The notes under the pieces are model-generated. The model saw only the letters and a list, made by a program, of their open reading frames with translations. It ran no database searches and was not told where the DNA came from. This document shows positions 38,482-47,015 of a DNA stretch of 64,000 bases, piece by piece. Position 1 is the first letter of the stretch. Every line of letters begins with the position of its first letter. This DNA comes from Sideroxydans sp. (lineage in GTDB: Bacteria; Pseudomonadota; Gammaproteobacteria; Burkholderiales; Gallionellaceae): positions 92,409 to 156,408 of the forward strand of contig JAQTTU010000008.1 of NCBI GenBank assembly GCA_028710605.1, in the 5' to 3' direction. Made by a program: the position numbers and the translations under genes.

Positions 38482-38510
38482 AAAAAAGGCACGCCGAAGC
38501 GTGCCTTTTT
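38482..38510 (-). terminator. Intrinsic terminator after rhlE (hairpin is bidirectional)
   Basis: AGGCACGC CGAA GCGTGCCT with an A6 run on one side and a T5 run on the other. Confidence 0.7.
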
Positions 38511-38531
38511 TATTCCGCTTAACCTATCGGT

Positions 38532-40169
38532 TTAGCGTTTGTTGCCATTCGGGTTGCTGTTGTTGCCGCGTCCCAAGGAGAAGGTGCTGCTACCTTGCGG
38601 GCGCGGTGCGGAGGTGCGCGGCGCTGCGGTGTGGTGTGTCGTGGTGTGATGCGAGGCGGTGTGGTGCGATGGGGCTGCACGGTTGCCGCTGTAATTTCCG
38701 CTCACGTTGCCGTTGGCGTTGCCGCCGAACGGTGCGCGGGCAGGGCGGGCATCGTTGTTGAAGCGGGTGTGTTTCGCTCCTTCGCGGCGCGCGTCTTGCG
38801 GGTGTTCGTGACGGCTGTCCGGTGCGCTGTGACGGGAGTTGAAGCCGCCGCCATTGCCGCGATTGTTGAAGTCGCCGCCGTTGCGGTTGCTGTAACCGCC
38901 GCCGTTGCTGCGGCTGTTGAAGCCGCCGCCGTTACCGCGCGGTGCGCCGCCGCGAGGTGCGGACGATGCGGGACGCGGCTTGAACTTCGGCTCCATGCCT
39001 TCAACGGTATGCGCCTTGATCGGTTGGCCGGTGAAGCGTTCGATCTTTTTCAGGTTCACCGCATCGCGGTTGGAAGCGAACGATACAGCGATACCGGATG
39101 CGCCAGCGCGGCCGGTACGGCCGATGCGGTGCACGTAGTCTTCGGCGAACTTCGGCAAGTCGAAGTTGATCACGTGGGTGATGCCGGCCACGTCGATGCC
39201 GCGCGCGGCAACGTCGGTGGCAACCAGCACGCGCACATTACCTTTGCGCAGGTTGAGCAGGGTGCGGTTACGTTCGCGCTGGTTCATGTCGCCGTGCAAA
39301 GCGGCGGCGGCGTGACCGGCAGCGGACAGTTCATCCGCCAACGAGTCGGCATCGCGCTTGGTGGCGGTGAACACCAGTGCCTGATTCAGATCGACATCGC
39401 GCAACAGGTGGTCGAGCAGGCGATTCTTGTGTGCCATGTCGTCCACATACATCAGGCGTTGTTCGATGTTTTCGTGGCGCGCTTGAGAAGACGCAACGCT
39501 GATGCGTTTCGGGCTCTTCAGCAGGCGCATTGCCAGGTTACCGATCGCGCCTTCCAGCGTGGCGGAGAACAGCAAAGTCTGGCGCGTGGCGGGCGTGGCA
39601 GCGGCGATGCGTTCCACGTCGTCGATGAAACCCATGTCCAGCATGCGGTCGGCTTCGTCCAGCACCAGCATTTCCAGACGCGAGAAGTCGATGCGGCCGC
39701 GTTCGATGTGGTCGATCAAACGACCCGGTGTGGCAACGAGGATGTCCACGAAACCGGACAGCAATTTGTTTTGCAGCGGGTAGGGCATGCCGCCGAGGAT
39801 GCTGACTACTTTGACGCGCATGTTCTTGCCATATTTATTGGCAGCGTCGGAAACTTGTTGTGCCAGTTCGCGCGTCGGGGTCAGCACCAGAATACGCGGG
39901 CCTTTGCCGCGCACCGCAGCTTCAACCGACAGCTTCTGCAATGCTGGCAGAATGAACGCGGCGGTCTTGCCGGTGCCGGTCTGGGCGGAGGCCATCAGGT
40001 CATGTCCGGCCATTGCTTCGGGAATGGCTTGCGCTTGAATGGGGGAAGGTACGGTGTAACCCGCATCCTGCACAGCTTGCAGAATGGCGGGAGCCAGACC
40101 CAAAGAGGCAAAAGTGATTACGTTTTCGGCAGAAGCGGGAATTGCAGTTTCAATGATTTTTTCAGACAC
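38532..40169 (-). CDS. rhlE: ATP-dependent DEAD-box RNA helicase with long low-complexity C-terminal tail
   Basis: AQTGTGKT, PTRELA, DEAD (VLDEADRML), SAT, HRIGRTGRAG. The tail reads GNGGGFNSRSNGGGYSNRNGGDFNNRGNGGGFNSR .. HHTASHHTTTHHTAAP. Confidence 0.92.
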   Translation of the reverse strand: MSEKIIETAIPASAENVITFASLGLAPAILQAVQDAGYTVPSPIQAQAIPEAMAGHDLMASAQTGTGKTAAFILPALQKLSVEAAVRGKGPRILVLTPTRELAQQVSDAANKYGKNMRVKVVSILGGMPYPLQNKLLSGFVDILVATPGRLIDHIERGRIDFSRLEMLVLDEADRMLDMGFIDDVERIAAATPATRQTLLFSATLEGAIGNLAMRLLKSPKRISVASSQARHENIEQRLMYVDDMAHKNRLLDHLLRDVDLNQALVFTATKRDADSLADELSAAGHAAAALHGDMNQRERNRTLLNLRKGNVRVLVATDVAARGIDVAGITHVINFDLPKFAEDYVHRIGRTGRAGASGIAVSFASNRDAVNLKKIERFTGQPIKAHTVEGMEPKFKPRPASSAPRGGAPRGNGGGFNSRSNGGGYSNRNGGDFNNRGNGGGFNSRHSAPDSRHEHPQDARREGAKHTRFNNDARPARAPFGGNANGNVSGNYSGNRAAPSHHTASHHTTTHHTAAPRTSAPRPQGSSTFSLGRGNNSNPNGNKR

Positions 40170-40462
40170 GTTGGTTCCTTAAAATTTTTAAGACACAGCG
40201 CATGCGCGGCCAACAGGCCACACAATGAAATTCAGTAGGGGGAAAATCCGCTACCGGCGCAAACAAACATCGTCGCTAACCGGTGAAGCTTGGCGCGTCC
40301 TGATTGGACGCTGGAGGGTCAGAAAACGATGAACTCGATACCGTCCAGAGAACGGCAAGGCGCGCATTATACGGATGGAAGAAAAAATAGCCAGCGATTA
40401 TTTTGCTCGGGTATTGCGCGCAGCATTTCCCTTTCCCCAGCCCCTATCCATGAGCCTCACGC

Positions 40463-40541
40463 TTTTGTAGGTCGGGATTTATCCCGACGGTGTTAAAGGA
40501 TTTGAGAAAAAAGCATCGGGATAAATCCCGACCTACGAAAA
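40463..40541. repeat. REP doublet (TGTAGG-hairpin family), inverted pair
   Basis: TTTTGTAGGTCGGGATTTATCCCGAC .. ATCGGGATAAATCCCGACCTACGAAAA. Confidence 0.8.
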
Positions 40542-40617
40542 TCAGCGCGGTTCATGGGGTTCAATTCGGCGACTGCGGTCTCTCCAGCAAGCGGGCGAGG
40601 AAAGTTGATGCGGTGGG

Positions 40618-41382
40618 TTAGAAACGCGCCCGCCATTCCGTCAACGCAGTAAACACGGCGAGCGGGCTGGTGTCTTTCAAGCCGCGCGCTTGCAAGGTAT
40701 GAATGAGTTCGGGATTGGTGCAGCGCAGAAACGGGTTGGTGGCTTTCTCGGTGGCGAGGGTGAACGGGACGGTGGGTTGGTCGGCGGCGCGCAGTATTTC
40801 GGTTTCCGCCAGTCGTCGTTTGATGTTCGGGTTGCTTGGTTCGCACAGCAGCGCAAAGGGCAGGTTGTAGTCGGCGTATTCGTGCGCGCAATAAATCAGC
40901 GTGTCGTCGGGTAGTGCCGCCAGACGTTGCAGCGAATGGTGCAGTTGTTCCAGCGTGCCTTCGAAATTTTTGCCACAGCCGGCAGCAAAGATCATGTCGC
41001 CGCACAGCAATATCCCCGGCGCGATGAAAACAATGTGACCTTCAAAATGGCCGGGAGTCTCGATGATGTCGAAGGTGATGCCCAGCGGTTCTAGCCGCAA
41101 TTGGTCGCCTTCGATCAAGTCATCGGTGATGTGCGGGTTGCGCGGATGGCTTCGTCCATAGACGGGCACGTTATATACTCTGCGCAGTTCGACTATGCCG
41201 CCGACATGGTCGCCATGGCGGTGGGTACACAGGATTGCGTCAAGCTGTAAATTGTTTCGTTCGATGAAGTCCAGCACCGGCGCAGCCTCGCCGGGATCGA
41301 CGATCACGACGTGCCGGTCGTCGTGCAGCGCCCAGATGTAATTGTCTTGCAGCGCGGGAATGGCGGTAATTTTTATCATCAC
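40618..41382 (-). CDS. gloB: Hydroxyacylglutathione hydrolase (glyoxalase II)
   Basis: IPALQDNYIW, metal motif CTHRHGDHVGG, TPGHFEGH. Confidence 0.92.
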   Translation of the reverse strand: MMIKITAIPALQDNYIWALHDDRHVVIVDPGEAAPVLDFIERNNLQLDAILCTHRHGDHVGGIVELRRVYNVPVYGRSHPRNPHITDDLIEGDQLRLEPLGITFDIIETPGHFEGHIVFIAPGILLCGDMIFAAGCGKNFEGTLEQLHHSLQRLAALPDDTLIYCAHEYADYNLPFALLCEPSNPNIKRRLAETEILRAADQPTVPFTLATEKATNPFLRCTNPELIHTLQARGLKDTSPLAVFTALTEWRARF

Positions 41383-41397
41383 AGGTCAGCGAATCGG

Positions 41398-42216
41398 ATG
41401 CCGAATTCTAAAGTAATCGCCCAAAGTTTGAGTGAATGGTTCGCTACAGCGCAGGGCGGCTATGTGTTGTCGCGCGAGCAGGCTTTCTTCGACCATACGG
41501 TGAGCGACATCTTCGGCTATAACGCGCTGCAACTGGGCTTGCCCGAGTACAAGTTTTTGCGCAGCAACCGCATGCCGTTGCGCTTTTCGGCGGGCAGCCA
41601 GAGCGGCAACGATGTGCGCCTGACCTACGCCGAGTTGCCGTTCGACAGCGGCAGCATCGATCTGGTGCTGATGCCGCATGTGCTGGAATTTTCCGACAAC
41701 CCGCACCAGATTATCCGCGAAGTGGAGCGCGTGCTGATGCCTGAAGGACATTTGCTGATTAGCGGCTTCAACCCGTTCAGTCTGTGGGGCTTGCAGCGCA
41801 GGCTGGGCAGGAAACAGGGATTCCCGTGGCAGGGGCATTTCATCAAGCTGCAACGCATGAAGGACTGGCTGGCGCTGCTGGGCTTCGAGGTGGTGGGCGG
41901 CAGATTCGCCGCTTACGCGCCGCCGTTCCATCAAAGCAAATGGCTGAACCGCTATTCATTCATGGAAAAAGCGGGTGACCGCTGGTGGGCGGTGGGCGGC
42001 GGCGTGTATTTTTTGCATGCGATCAAGCGCGTTCCTGGCATGCGGCCGATCAAACCGAAATGGAATAAAGGACTGGTGAGCAACCTGATACCGTCATCGG
42101 CAAAATTGAACAAGGGCATCCAGCAAGTATCAACCCCAATTTTAGCCACAGAGATCACAGAGAACACAGAGAGAGAAGTGCTTGCCCCACATTTCATCGC
42201 TTCACCCAAAAAATGA
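41398..42216 (+). CDS. Class I SAM-dependent methyltransferase (YafS-like)
   Basis: Divergent from gloB as in E. coli gloB/yafS. SIDLVLMPHVLEFSDNPHQIIREVERVLMPEGHLLISGFNP. The last roughly 25 codons run into a repeat element. Confidence 0.8.
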   Translation: MPNSKVIAQSLSEWFATAQGGYVLSREQAFFDHTVSDIFGYNALQLGLPEYKFLRSNRMPLRFSAGSQSGNDVRLTYAELPFDSGSIDLVLMPHVLEFSDNPHQIIREVERVLMPEGHLLISGFNPFSLWGLQRRLGRKQGFPWQGHFIKLQRMKDWLALLGFEVVGGRFAAYAPPFHQSKWLNRYSFMEKAGDRWWAVGGGVYFLHAIKRVPGMRPIKPKWNKGLVSNLIPSSAKLNKGIQQVSTPILATEITENTEREVLAPHFIASPKK

Positions 42217-42284
42217 ATCGCTCTCGTGTGGTCGTGTTGGTTTTCTCTGTGACCTCTGTGACCTCTGTGTACTCTGTGGCTAAA
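42141..42284. repeat. 9-mer-armed hairpin element (CACAGAGAT family)
   Basis: TTTAGCCACAGAGATCACAGAGAACACAGAGAGAGAA .. TTTTCTCTGTGACCTCTGTGACCTCTGTGTACTCTGTGGCTAAA. Confidence 0.8.
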
Positions 42285-42304
42285 TTGTTTTTCAGGATTT
42301 TAAA

Positions 42305-42751
42305 ATGAGTGATGTGGTGGATATTTTCAGCGACGGCGCATGCAAGGGAAATCCCGGTATTGGCGGCTGGGGCGTGTTGTTGCGCGCCAAGGGCAAAGAG
42401 CGCGAACTGTGCGGCGGCGAAGCGCATACCACCAACAATCGCATGGAACTGATGGCGGCGATTGCTTCGCTGGAAACCCTGACACGCCCGTGCAAGGTGC
42501 GGCTGCATACCGACTCCAAATACGTGCTGCAAGGCATCACCGAATGGCTGCCCGGCTGGAAACAGCGCGGCTGGAAAACGGCGAGCAAGCAGCCGGTGAA
42601 GAACGAGGATTTATGGCGCAGGCTGGATGAAGCGGTGGCACGGCATCAGATCGAATGGATATGGGTCAAAGGCCACGCCGGACACGACGGCAACGAGCGC
42701 GCCGATATGCTGGCGAATCGCGGGATTGAAGAATTAAGGAATAAATCTTAA
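42305..42751 (+). CDS. rnhA: Ribonuclease HI
   Basis: 148 aa. [47 protein letters not shown]. Confidence 0.95.
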   Translation: MSDVVDIFSDGACKGNPGIGGWGVLLRAKGKERELCGGEAHTTNNRMELMAAIASLETLTRPCKVRLHTDSKYVLQGITEWLPGWKQRGWKTASKQPVKNEDLWRRLDEAVARHQIEWIWVKGHAGHDGNERADMLANRGIEELRNKS

Positions 42752-42760
42752 AAACTTTTT

Positions 42761-42856
42761 GCCCGCAGATTACGCAGATTAACGCAGATTATTTTGTGTG
42801 GAATTCGATGAGCAGTTCTTGGTTTTTAATCTGAGAAATCTGCGTAATCTGCGGGC
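42761..42856. repeat. 9-mer-armed hairpin element (CGCAGATTA family)
   Basis: GCCCGCAGATTACGCAGATTAACGCAGATTA .. TAATCTGAGAAATCTGCGTAATCTGCGGGC, between rnhA and dnaQ. Confidence 0.8.
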
Positions 42857-42881
42857 AAAGGTTTTTTCAGGAGCACATCAC

Positions 42882-43583
42882 ATGAGACAAGTTGTACTAG
42901 ACACCGAAACCACCGGCCTCGATCCCAAGCAGGGACATCGCATCATCGAAGTGGCGGCGATCGAGCTGGACGGGCGCAAGGTTTCCGAGCGCATGTTTCA
43001 CCGCTATCTGAATCCCGAGCGCGAGATTGACGAGGGCGCGGCGGCGGTGCACGGGCTGACGCTGGACCGGTTGCAGGACGAACCCAAGTTTGCCGAGATT
43101 GCGCCCGCGCTGCTGGAATTCATTGGCGACGCGCAGCTCATCATCCACAACGCGCCGTTCGACCTGGGCTTTCTCAATGCCGAACTGAAGTTGGCCGGCC
43201 TGCCGCCGCTGGACAATCCGGTGATCGACACCTTGAAGGTCGCTAAGGATTTGCATCCCGGCAAAAAGAACAATCTGAATGCTTTGTGCGACCGCTACTT
43301 CATCGACAACTCGCACCGCACTTTGCACGGCGCGCTGCTGGACACCGAGCTGCTGGCCGAGGTGTATCTGGGCATGACGCGCGGGCAGGAGAGTCTGCTG
43401 GGCGAAGAGGCTGCGGAAGAGGTTGGCGTGCAATTCGGCGCGACAGGCGAGGCGATCCATTTGAGCGTGCGCGTGTTGTGTGCCGATGATGAAGAGTTGG
43501 CGCTGCACGAAACGCAACTGGCCGACATCGACAAAGCCAGCAAAGGCGCATGCGTGTGGAAAAAATTGGCTGCTGAAGCCTGA
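42882..43583 (+). CDS. dnaQ: DNA polymerase III epsilon subunit (3'-5' exonuclease)
   Basis: ExoI VVLDTETTGL, ExoII IHNAPFDLGFL, ExoIII HGALLDTELLAEVY. The upstream part of ORF 42798 is translated repeat sequence. Confidence 0.92.
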   Translation: MRQVVLDTETTGLDPKQGHRIIEVAAIELDGRKVSERMFHRYLNPEREIDEGAAAVHGLTLDRLQDEPKFAEIAPALLEFIGDAQLIIHNAPFDLGFLNAELKLAGLPPLDNPVIDTLKVAKDLHPGKKNNLNALCDRYFIDNSHRTLHGALLDTELLAEVYLGMTRGQESLLGEEAAEEVGVQFGATGEAIHLSVRVLCADDEELALHETQLADIDKASKGACVWKKLAAEA

Positions 43584-44845
43584 TGAGCAAACCGGATTCG
43601 GAGTTCGATGCAATCATCATCGGCGCGGGCGCTGCGGGCATGATGTGCGCGCTGACCGCCGCGCAGCGCGGGCGTTCCGTGCTGCTGCTCGATCACTCGG
43701 CCAAGCTCGCCGAGAAGATCCGCATCTCCGGCGGCGGGCGCTGCAACTTCACCAACCTCAACGCCAAACCGGAAAACTATCTCTCGCACAACCCGCATTT
43801 CTGCCGCTCCGCGCTGGCGCGCTTCACCCCGCAACACTTCATCGCCATGCTGGACAAACACGGCATCGGCTACCACGAAAAAACGCTGGGACAATTGTTC
43901 TGCGACGAAGAATCGGAAGCCATCATCGCCATGCTCAAAACGGAATGCGATGCGGCGGGCGTGCGCTGGTGCATGCCGTGCGAAGTGCAAAGCATTTCCC
44001 CTCTCCACCCTCACCCCAGCCCTCTCCCGGCGGGAGAGGGAGCTGTCACGGGGCTAGGGGTGGGGGAACACTCCCCGCAAGCCGCAGCACGTTATTCCAT
44101 CACCACTCCGCGCGGAAAATACCGCGCTACCTCCTTGGTCATCGCCACCGGCGGCCTGTCCATCCCCAAGATAGGCGCAACCCCCTTCGGCTACAAAGTC
44201 GCCGAGCAATTCGGTGTGCCCATGACCAAGCTCAAACCGGGATTGGTCCCGCTCACATTTCATCCCGAAGAATGGGCGGCGTATGCCGAACTGGCGGGCA
44301 TCTCGCAGGATGCGGTGGTGAGTTTCGCCAAACGCAGCTTCCGCGAAAACCTGCTGTTTACCCATAGGGGCCTGAGCGGCCCGGCCATTCTGCAAATCTC
44401 CTCGTACTGGGAACACGGACAGCCGCTGTCCATCGACCTGCTGCCCGATCACGACCTGCGCGAAATGTTCCTGCAACAGCGCGGCAGCAAAATGCTGTTG
44501 AGCAATTTTCTGGCGCAGCATTTGACTAAACGTCTGGCCGAGATCATCGCCACACAATGGACAATAAACAAACCGCTCAATCAATTTGCCGAAAAGGAAT
44601 TGCGCGCCTTGGCCGACAAAATCAAAAACTGGCAAATCACCCCGACTGGCACGCTGGGCTACAGCAAAGCCGAAGTGACCTGCGGCGGCGTGGATACGCA
44701 TGCGCTGTCGTCCAAAACCATGGAGTGCATGGACGTACCCGGCTTGTATTTCGTCGGCGAAGTGATGGACGTGACCGGACAACTCGGCGGCTACAACTTC
44801 CAGTGGGCGTGGTCTTCGGGCTATGCGGCGGGGCAGGCGGTTTAA
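43583..44845 (+). CDS. BaiN/YhiN-family NAD(P)/FAD-dependent oxidoreductase carrying an in-frame palindromic insert
   Basis: DAIIIGAGAAGMMCA Rossmann motif, ISGGGRCNFTN, FVGEVMDVTGQLGGYNFQWAWSSG. The start overlaps the dnaQ stop. Confidence 0.85.
   Translation: MSKPDSEFDAIIIGAGAAGMMCALTAAQRGRSVLLLDHSAKLAEKIRISGGGRCNFTNLNAKPENYLSHNPHFCRSALARFTPQHFIAMLDKHGIGYHEKTLGQLFCDEESEAIIAMLKTECDAAGVRWCMPCEVQSISPLHPHPSPLPAGEGAVTGLGVGEHSPQAAARYSITTPRGKYRATSLVIATGGLSIPKIGATPFGYKVAEQFGVPMTKLKPGLVPLTFHPEEWAAYAELAGISQDAVVSFAKRSFRENLLFTHRGLSGPAILQISSYWEHGQPLSIDLLPDHDLREMFLQQRGSKMLLSNFLAQHLTKRLAEIIATQWTINKPLNQFAEKELRALADKIKNWQITPTGTLGYSKAEVTCGGVDTHALSSKTMECMDVPGLYFVGEVMDVTGQLGGYNFQWAWSSGYAAGQAV
44001..44066. repeat. 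GC-rich imperfect palindrome embedded in-frame in the YhiN-like CDS
   Basis: The core CCCTCTCCC GGC GGGAGAGGG (44020-44040) is flanked by CCACCCTCACCCC / GGGGCTAGGGGTGGGGG. It translates as ..PLHPHPSPLPAGEGAVTGLGVGE.. Confidence 0.65.
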
Positions 44846-44870
44846 AAAACAGGCAAATGCCCCGCGAGCC

Positions 44871-44930
44871 ATTAAATACGGGCATCTCCGTTAAGCGAAT
44901 GATGTAGATCGCCTATTGACGGGCACCTTC
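44871..44930 (+). repeat. GTAG-65 dispersed repeat, copy 5
   Basis: ATTAAATACGGGCATCTCCGTTAAGCGAATGATGTAGATCGCCTATTGACGGGCACC. Confidence 0.85.
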
Positions 44931-45032
44931 ATGAGGTGACTTGAAAAATTCCCGCCATCGCCCAATTTATCGTTGCGGTTTTGGTGCTATAGTTTTCTCG
45001 TGCAACTCAAGTTCAACCAAGGAGATTTTACG

Positions 45033-45635
45033 ATGCGTGCTTTATTGATGATGATGCTGGTCGCGCTGTTGAGCGGTTGCGGCTACAACGATTTCCAGGC
45101 CAACGACGAACAGGTCAAGGCCGACTGGGCGGAGGTGCTGAACCAGTACCAGCGCCGCTTCGATTTGGTTCCCAATCTGGTCGAAATCGTCAAAGGGGCT
45201 GCTGCCCAGGAAAAAGATATTCTCGTTGGTGTTACCGAGGCGCGCGCCAAGGTCGGCAGCATTCAGGCCACGCCAGAACTGATCAATGACCCGAAAGCGT
45301 TTGCGCAATTCAACGCTGCGCAGGGTGAGCTGTCCTCGGCACTTTCGCGCTTGATGGTGGTTGTTGAAAAATATCCGCAGCTCCAGTCGATCGCCGGCTA
45401 TCGCGATTTGCAGGCGCAACTTGAAGGCACGGAAAACCGCATCACCGTGGCGCGCAACCGATACATCAAATCGGTGCTAGCCTACAACGTGCTGGCGCGT
45501 TCGTTCCCGACCAATCTTACTGCCATGATGTTCAGCTACAGCGTAAAACCTTCGTTCACAGTGGAGGACGAGAAGGCGGTATCTAAACCGCCGAAGATCG
45601 ATTTCGCCGCACCCAAGGCAGCACCAGCCAAGTAA
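45033..45635 (+). CDS. lemA: LemA-family lipoprotein
   Basis: Lipobox LLSGC. ..VKADWAEVLNQYQRRFDLVPNLVEIVKG..NRITVARNRYIKSVLAYN. Confidence 0.88.
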   Translation: MRALLMMMLVALLSGCGYNDFQANDEQVKADWAEVLNQYQRRFDLVPNLVEIVKGAAAQEKDILVGVTEARAKVGSIQATPELINDPKAFAQFNAAQGELSSALSRLMVVVEKYPQLQSIAGYRDLQAQLEGTENRITVARNRYIKSVLAYNVLARSFPTNLTAMMFSYSVKPSFTVEDEKAVSKPPKIDFAAPKAAPAK

Positions 45636-46508
45636 ATGAAACGGCTCTGCACGCAACTTCTGCTGTTCGCGCTGTTGCTTTGCGGCACGGCGCAAGCCGA
45701 AGTTACCGTGCCCAAACTCACGCAGCGCGTCACCGATCTTACCGCCACGCTGGATGCCGCGCAGACGCAGGCGCTGGATGCGCGACTCGCGGCTTTTGGA
45801 ACCGGCAAAGGTTCGCAGATCGCTGTGCTGATTGTGCCCACCACCAAGCCGGAGGAGATCGAGCAATTCAGTATTCGCGTTGCTGAAGCATGGAAGCAGG
45901 GACGCAAGGGCGTGGATGACGGTGTGCTGCTGCTCATCGCCAAGGATGACCGCAAGTTGCGCATCGAAGTCGGTTACGGCTTGGAAGGCGCGTTGAACGA
46001 TGCCACGGCGAAGCGCATTGTGGCCGAGGTCATCACGCCGTACTTCAAGCGCGGCGAGTTTTATGCGGGCATTGATGCCGGGGTGACTTCTATCATCAAG
46101 GTGGTGGAAGGCGAACCGCTGCCGCCGCCCGCTCAAAGTTCTTCCTCGGGTAATGCAAATTCCGATTCCGATAAGTTGGGAAACGTGTTTGGCATAGCGT
46201 TCATCATTTTTATGTTCGGCAACATCATTCTGCGTCAGATGTTGGGGCGGCTTCCCAGCGGGCTGATTGTCGGCGGACTGATAGGCGGCTTGGTCTGGAT
46301 AACTCTGCTGTCGGCGGCGTGGGCTGCGGGCATCGCATTTCTGGCTTTTGTTTTCTCGCTAATCTTCGGCATGAGCGGTAGAGGTTCTTCTTTTCCCTCG
46401 GGTTGGGGCGGTGGTGGAGGCGGAGGTTGGGGTAGCGGCGGCGGGGGCGGAGGCTTCAGCGGCGGCGGAGGTGGCTTCGGTGGTGGTGGGGCTTCGGGAG
46501 GCTGGTAA
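45636..46508 (+). CDS. TPM-domain (YgcG-like) protein with TM segments and Gly-rich C-terminal tail
   Basis: Signal peptide, VTDLTATLDAAQTQALDARL..GSQIAVLIVPT..LLLIAKDDRKLRIEVGYGLEG, and tail GWGGGGGGGWGSGGGGGGFSGGGGGFGGGGASGGW. Confidence 0.85.
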   Translation: MKRLCTQLLLFALLLCGTAQAEVTVPKLTQRVTDLTATLDAAQTQALDARLAAFGTGKGSQIAVLIVPTTKPEEIEQFSIRVAEAWKQGRKGVDDGVLLLIAKDDRKLRIEVGYGLEGALNDATAKRIVAEVITPYFKRGEFYAGIDAGVTSIIKVVEGEPLPPPAQSSSSGNANSDSDKLGNVFGIAFIIFMFGNIILRQMLGRLPSGLIVGGLIGGLVWITLLSAAWAAGIAFLAFVFSLIFGMSGRGSSFPSGWGGGGGGGWGSGGGGGGFSGGGGGFGGGGASGGW

Positions 46509-47008
46509 TGAACATCAAACGCATCATCAAACATCTGTCAGTAGGTCACGCTGCGCTGCGTCGAAATTTCCCGCGCGCCGCGCTGGAAAACATCGAGCGC
46601 ACCATCGCCGAAGTTGAGCAAACACATGCCGGACAAATCCGTTTCGCGGTCGAGCATGCGCTGGAGCTGTCGCCGTTGCTGGCCGGGCAGACGGCGCGCG
46701 CCAGAGCGGTTGAAGTTTTTTCCAAGCTACGCGTATGGGATACCGAACAAAATAACGGTGTGCTGATCTATTTGTTGCTGGCCGACCGCGATGTGGAAAT
46801 CATCGCGGATCGCGGTGTGCATACCAAACTCGGTCAGGAGGTGTGGGAGTTGGTGTGCAAAGAAATGGAAGCATCGTTCCGCGAGGGAAAATTCGAGCAA
46901 GGTGTTATCGCCGGAATACGCAGCGTGGGCGCGCATCTCGCGCGGCATTACCCGCATGTTGGCACTGACAAAATTAACGAACTGTCGGATCGTCCCGTTT
47001 TGATTTAA
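46508..47008 (+). CDS. TPM-domain protein (cytoplasmic partner)
   Basis: ..IERTIAEVEQTHAGQIRFAVE..NGVLIYLLLADRDVEIIADRG.. The start overlaps the upstream stop (TAATG). Confidence 0.8.
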   Translation: MNIKRIIKHLSVGHAALRRNFPRAALENIERTIAEVEQTHAGQIRFAVEHALELSPLLAGQTARARAVEVFSKLRVWDTEQNNGVLIYLLLADRDVEIIADRGVHTKLGQEVWELVCKEMEASFREGKFEQGVIAGIRSVGAHLARHYPHVGTDKINELSDRPVLI

Positions 47009-47015
47009 GTCCGCC

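Noticed and set aside
40290-40496. 68-aa ORF upstream of rhlE, and the 170-aa ORF 40493-41005(-).
   Set aside because: The first lies in the probable long 5' UTR of rhlE and ends in a REP. The second is out of frame over gloB and the REP doublet. Neither has recognisable features.
46381-46505. The GGN-rich stretch at the end of the TPM gene considered as a microsatellite or phase-variation tract.
   Set aside because: The codons are heterogeneous (GGT/GGC/GGA/GGG mixed with TGG, AGC, TTC), not a homopolymeric or perfect tandem tract. Gly-rich tails are normal for YgcG-like proteins.
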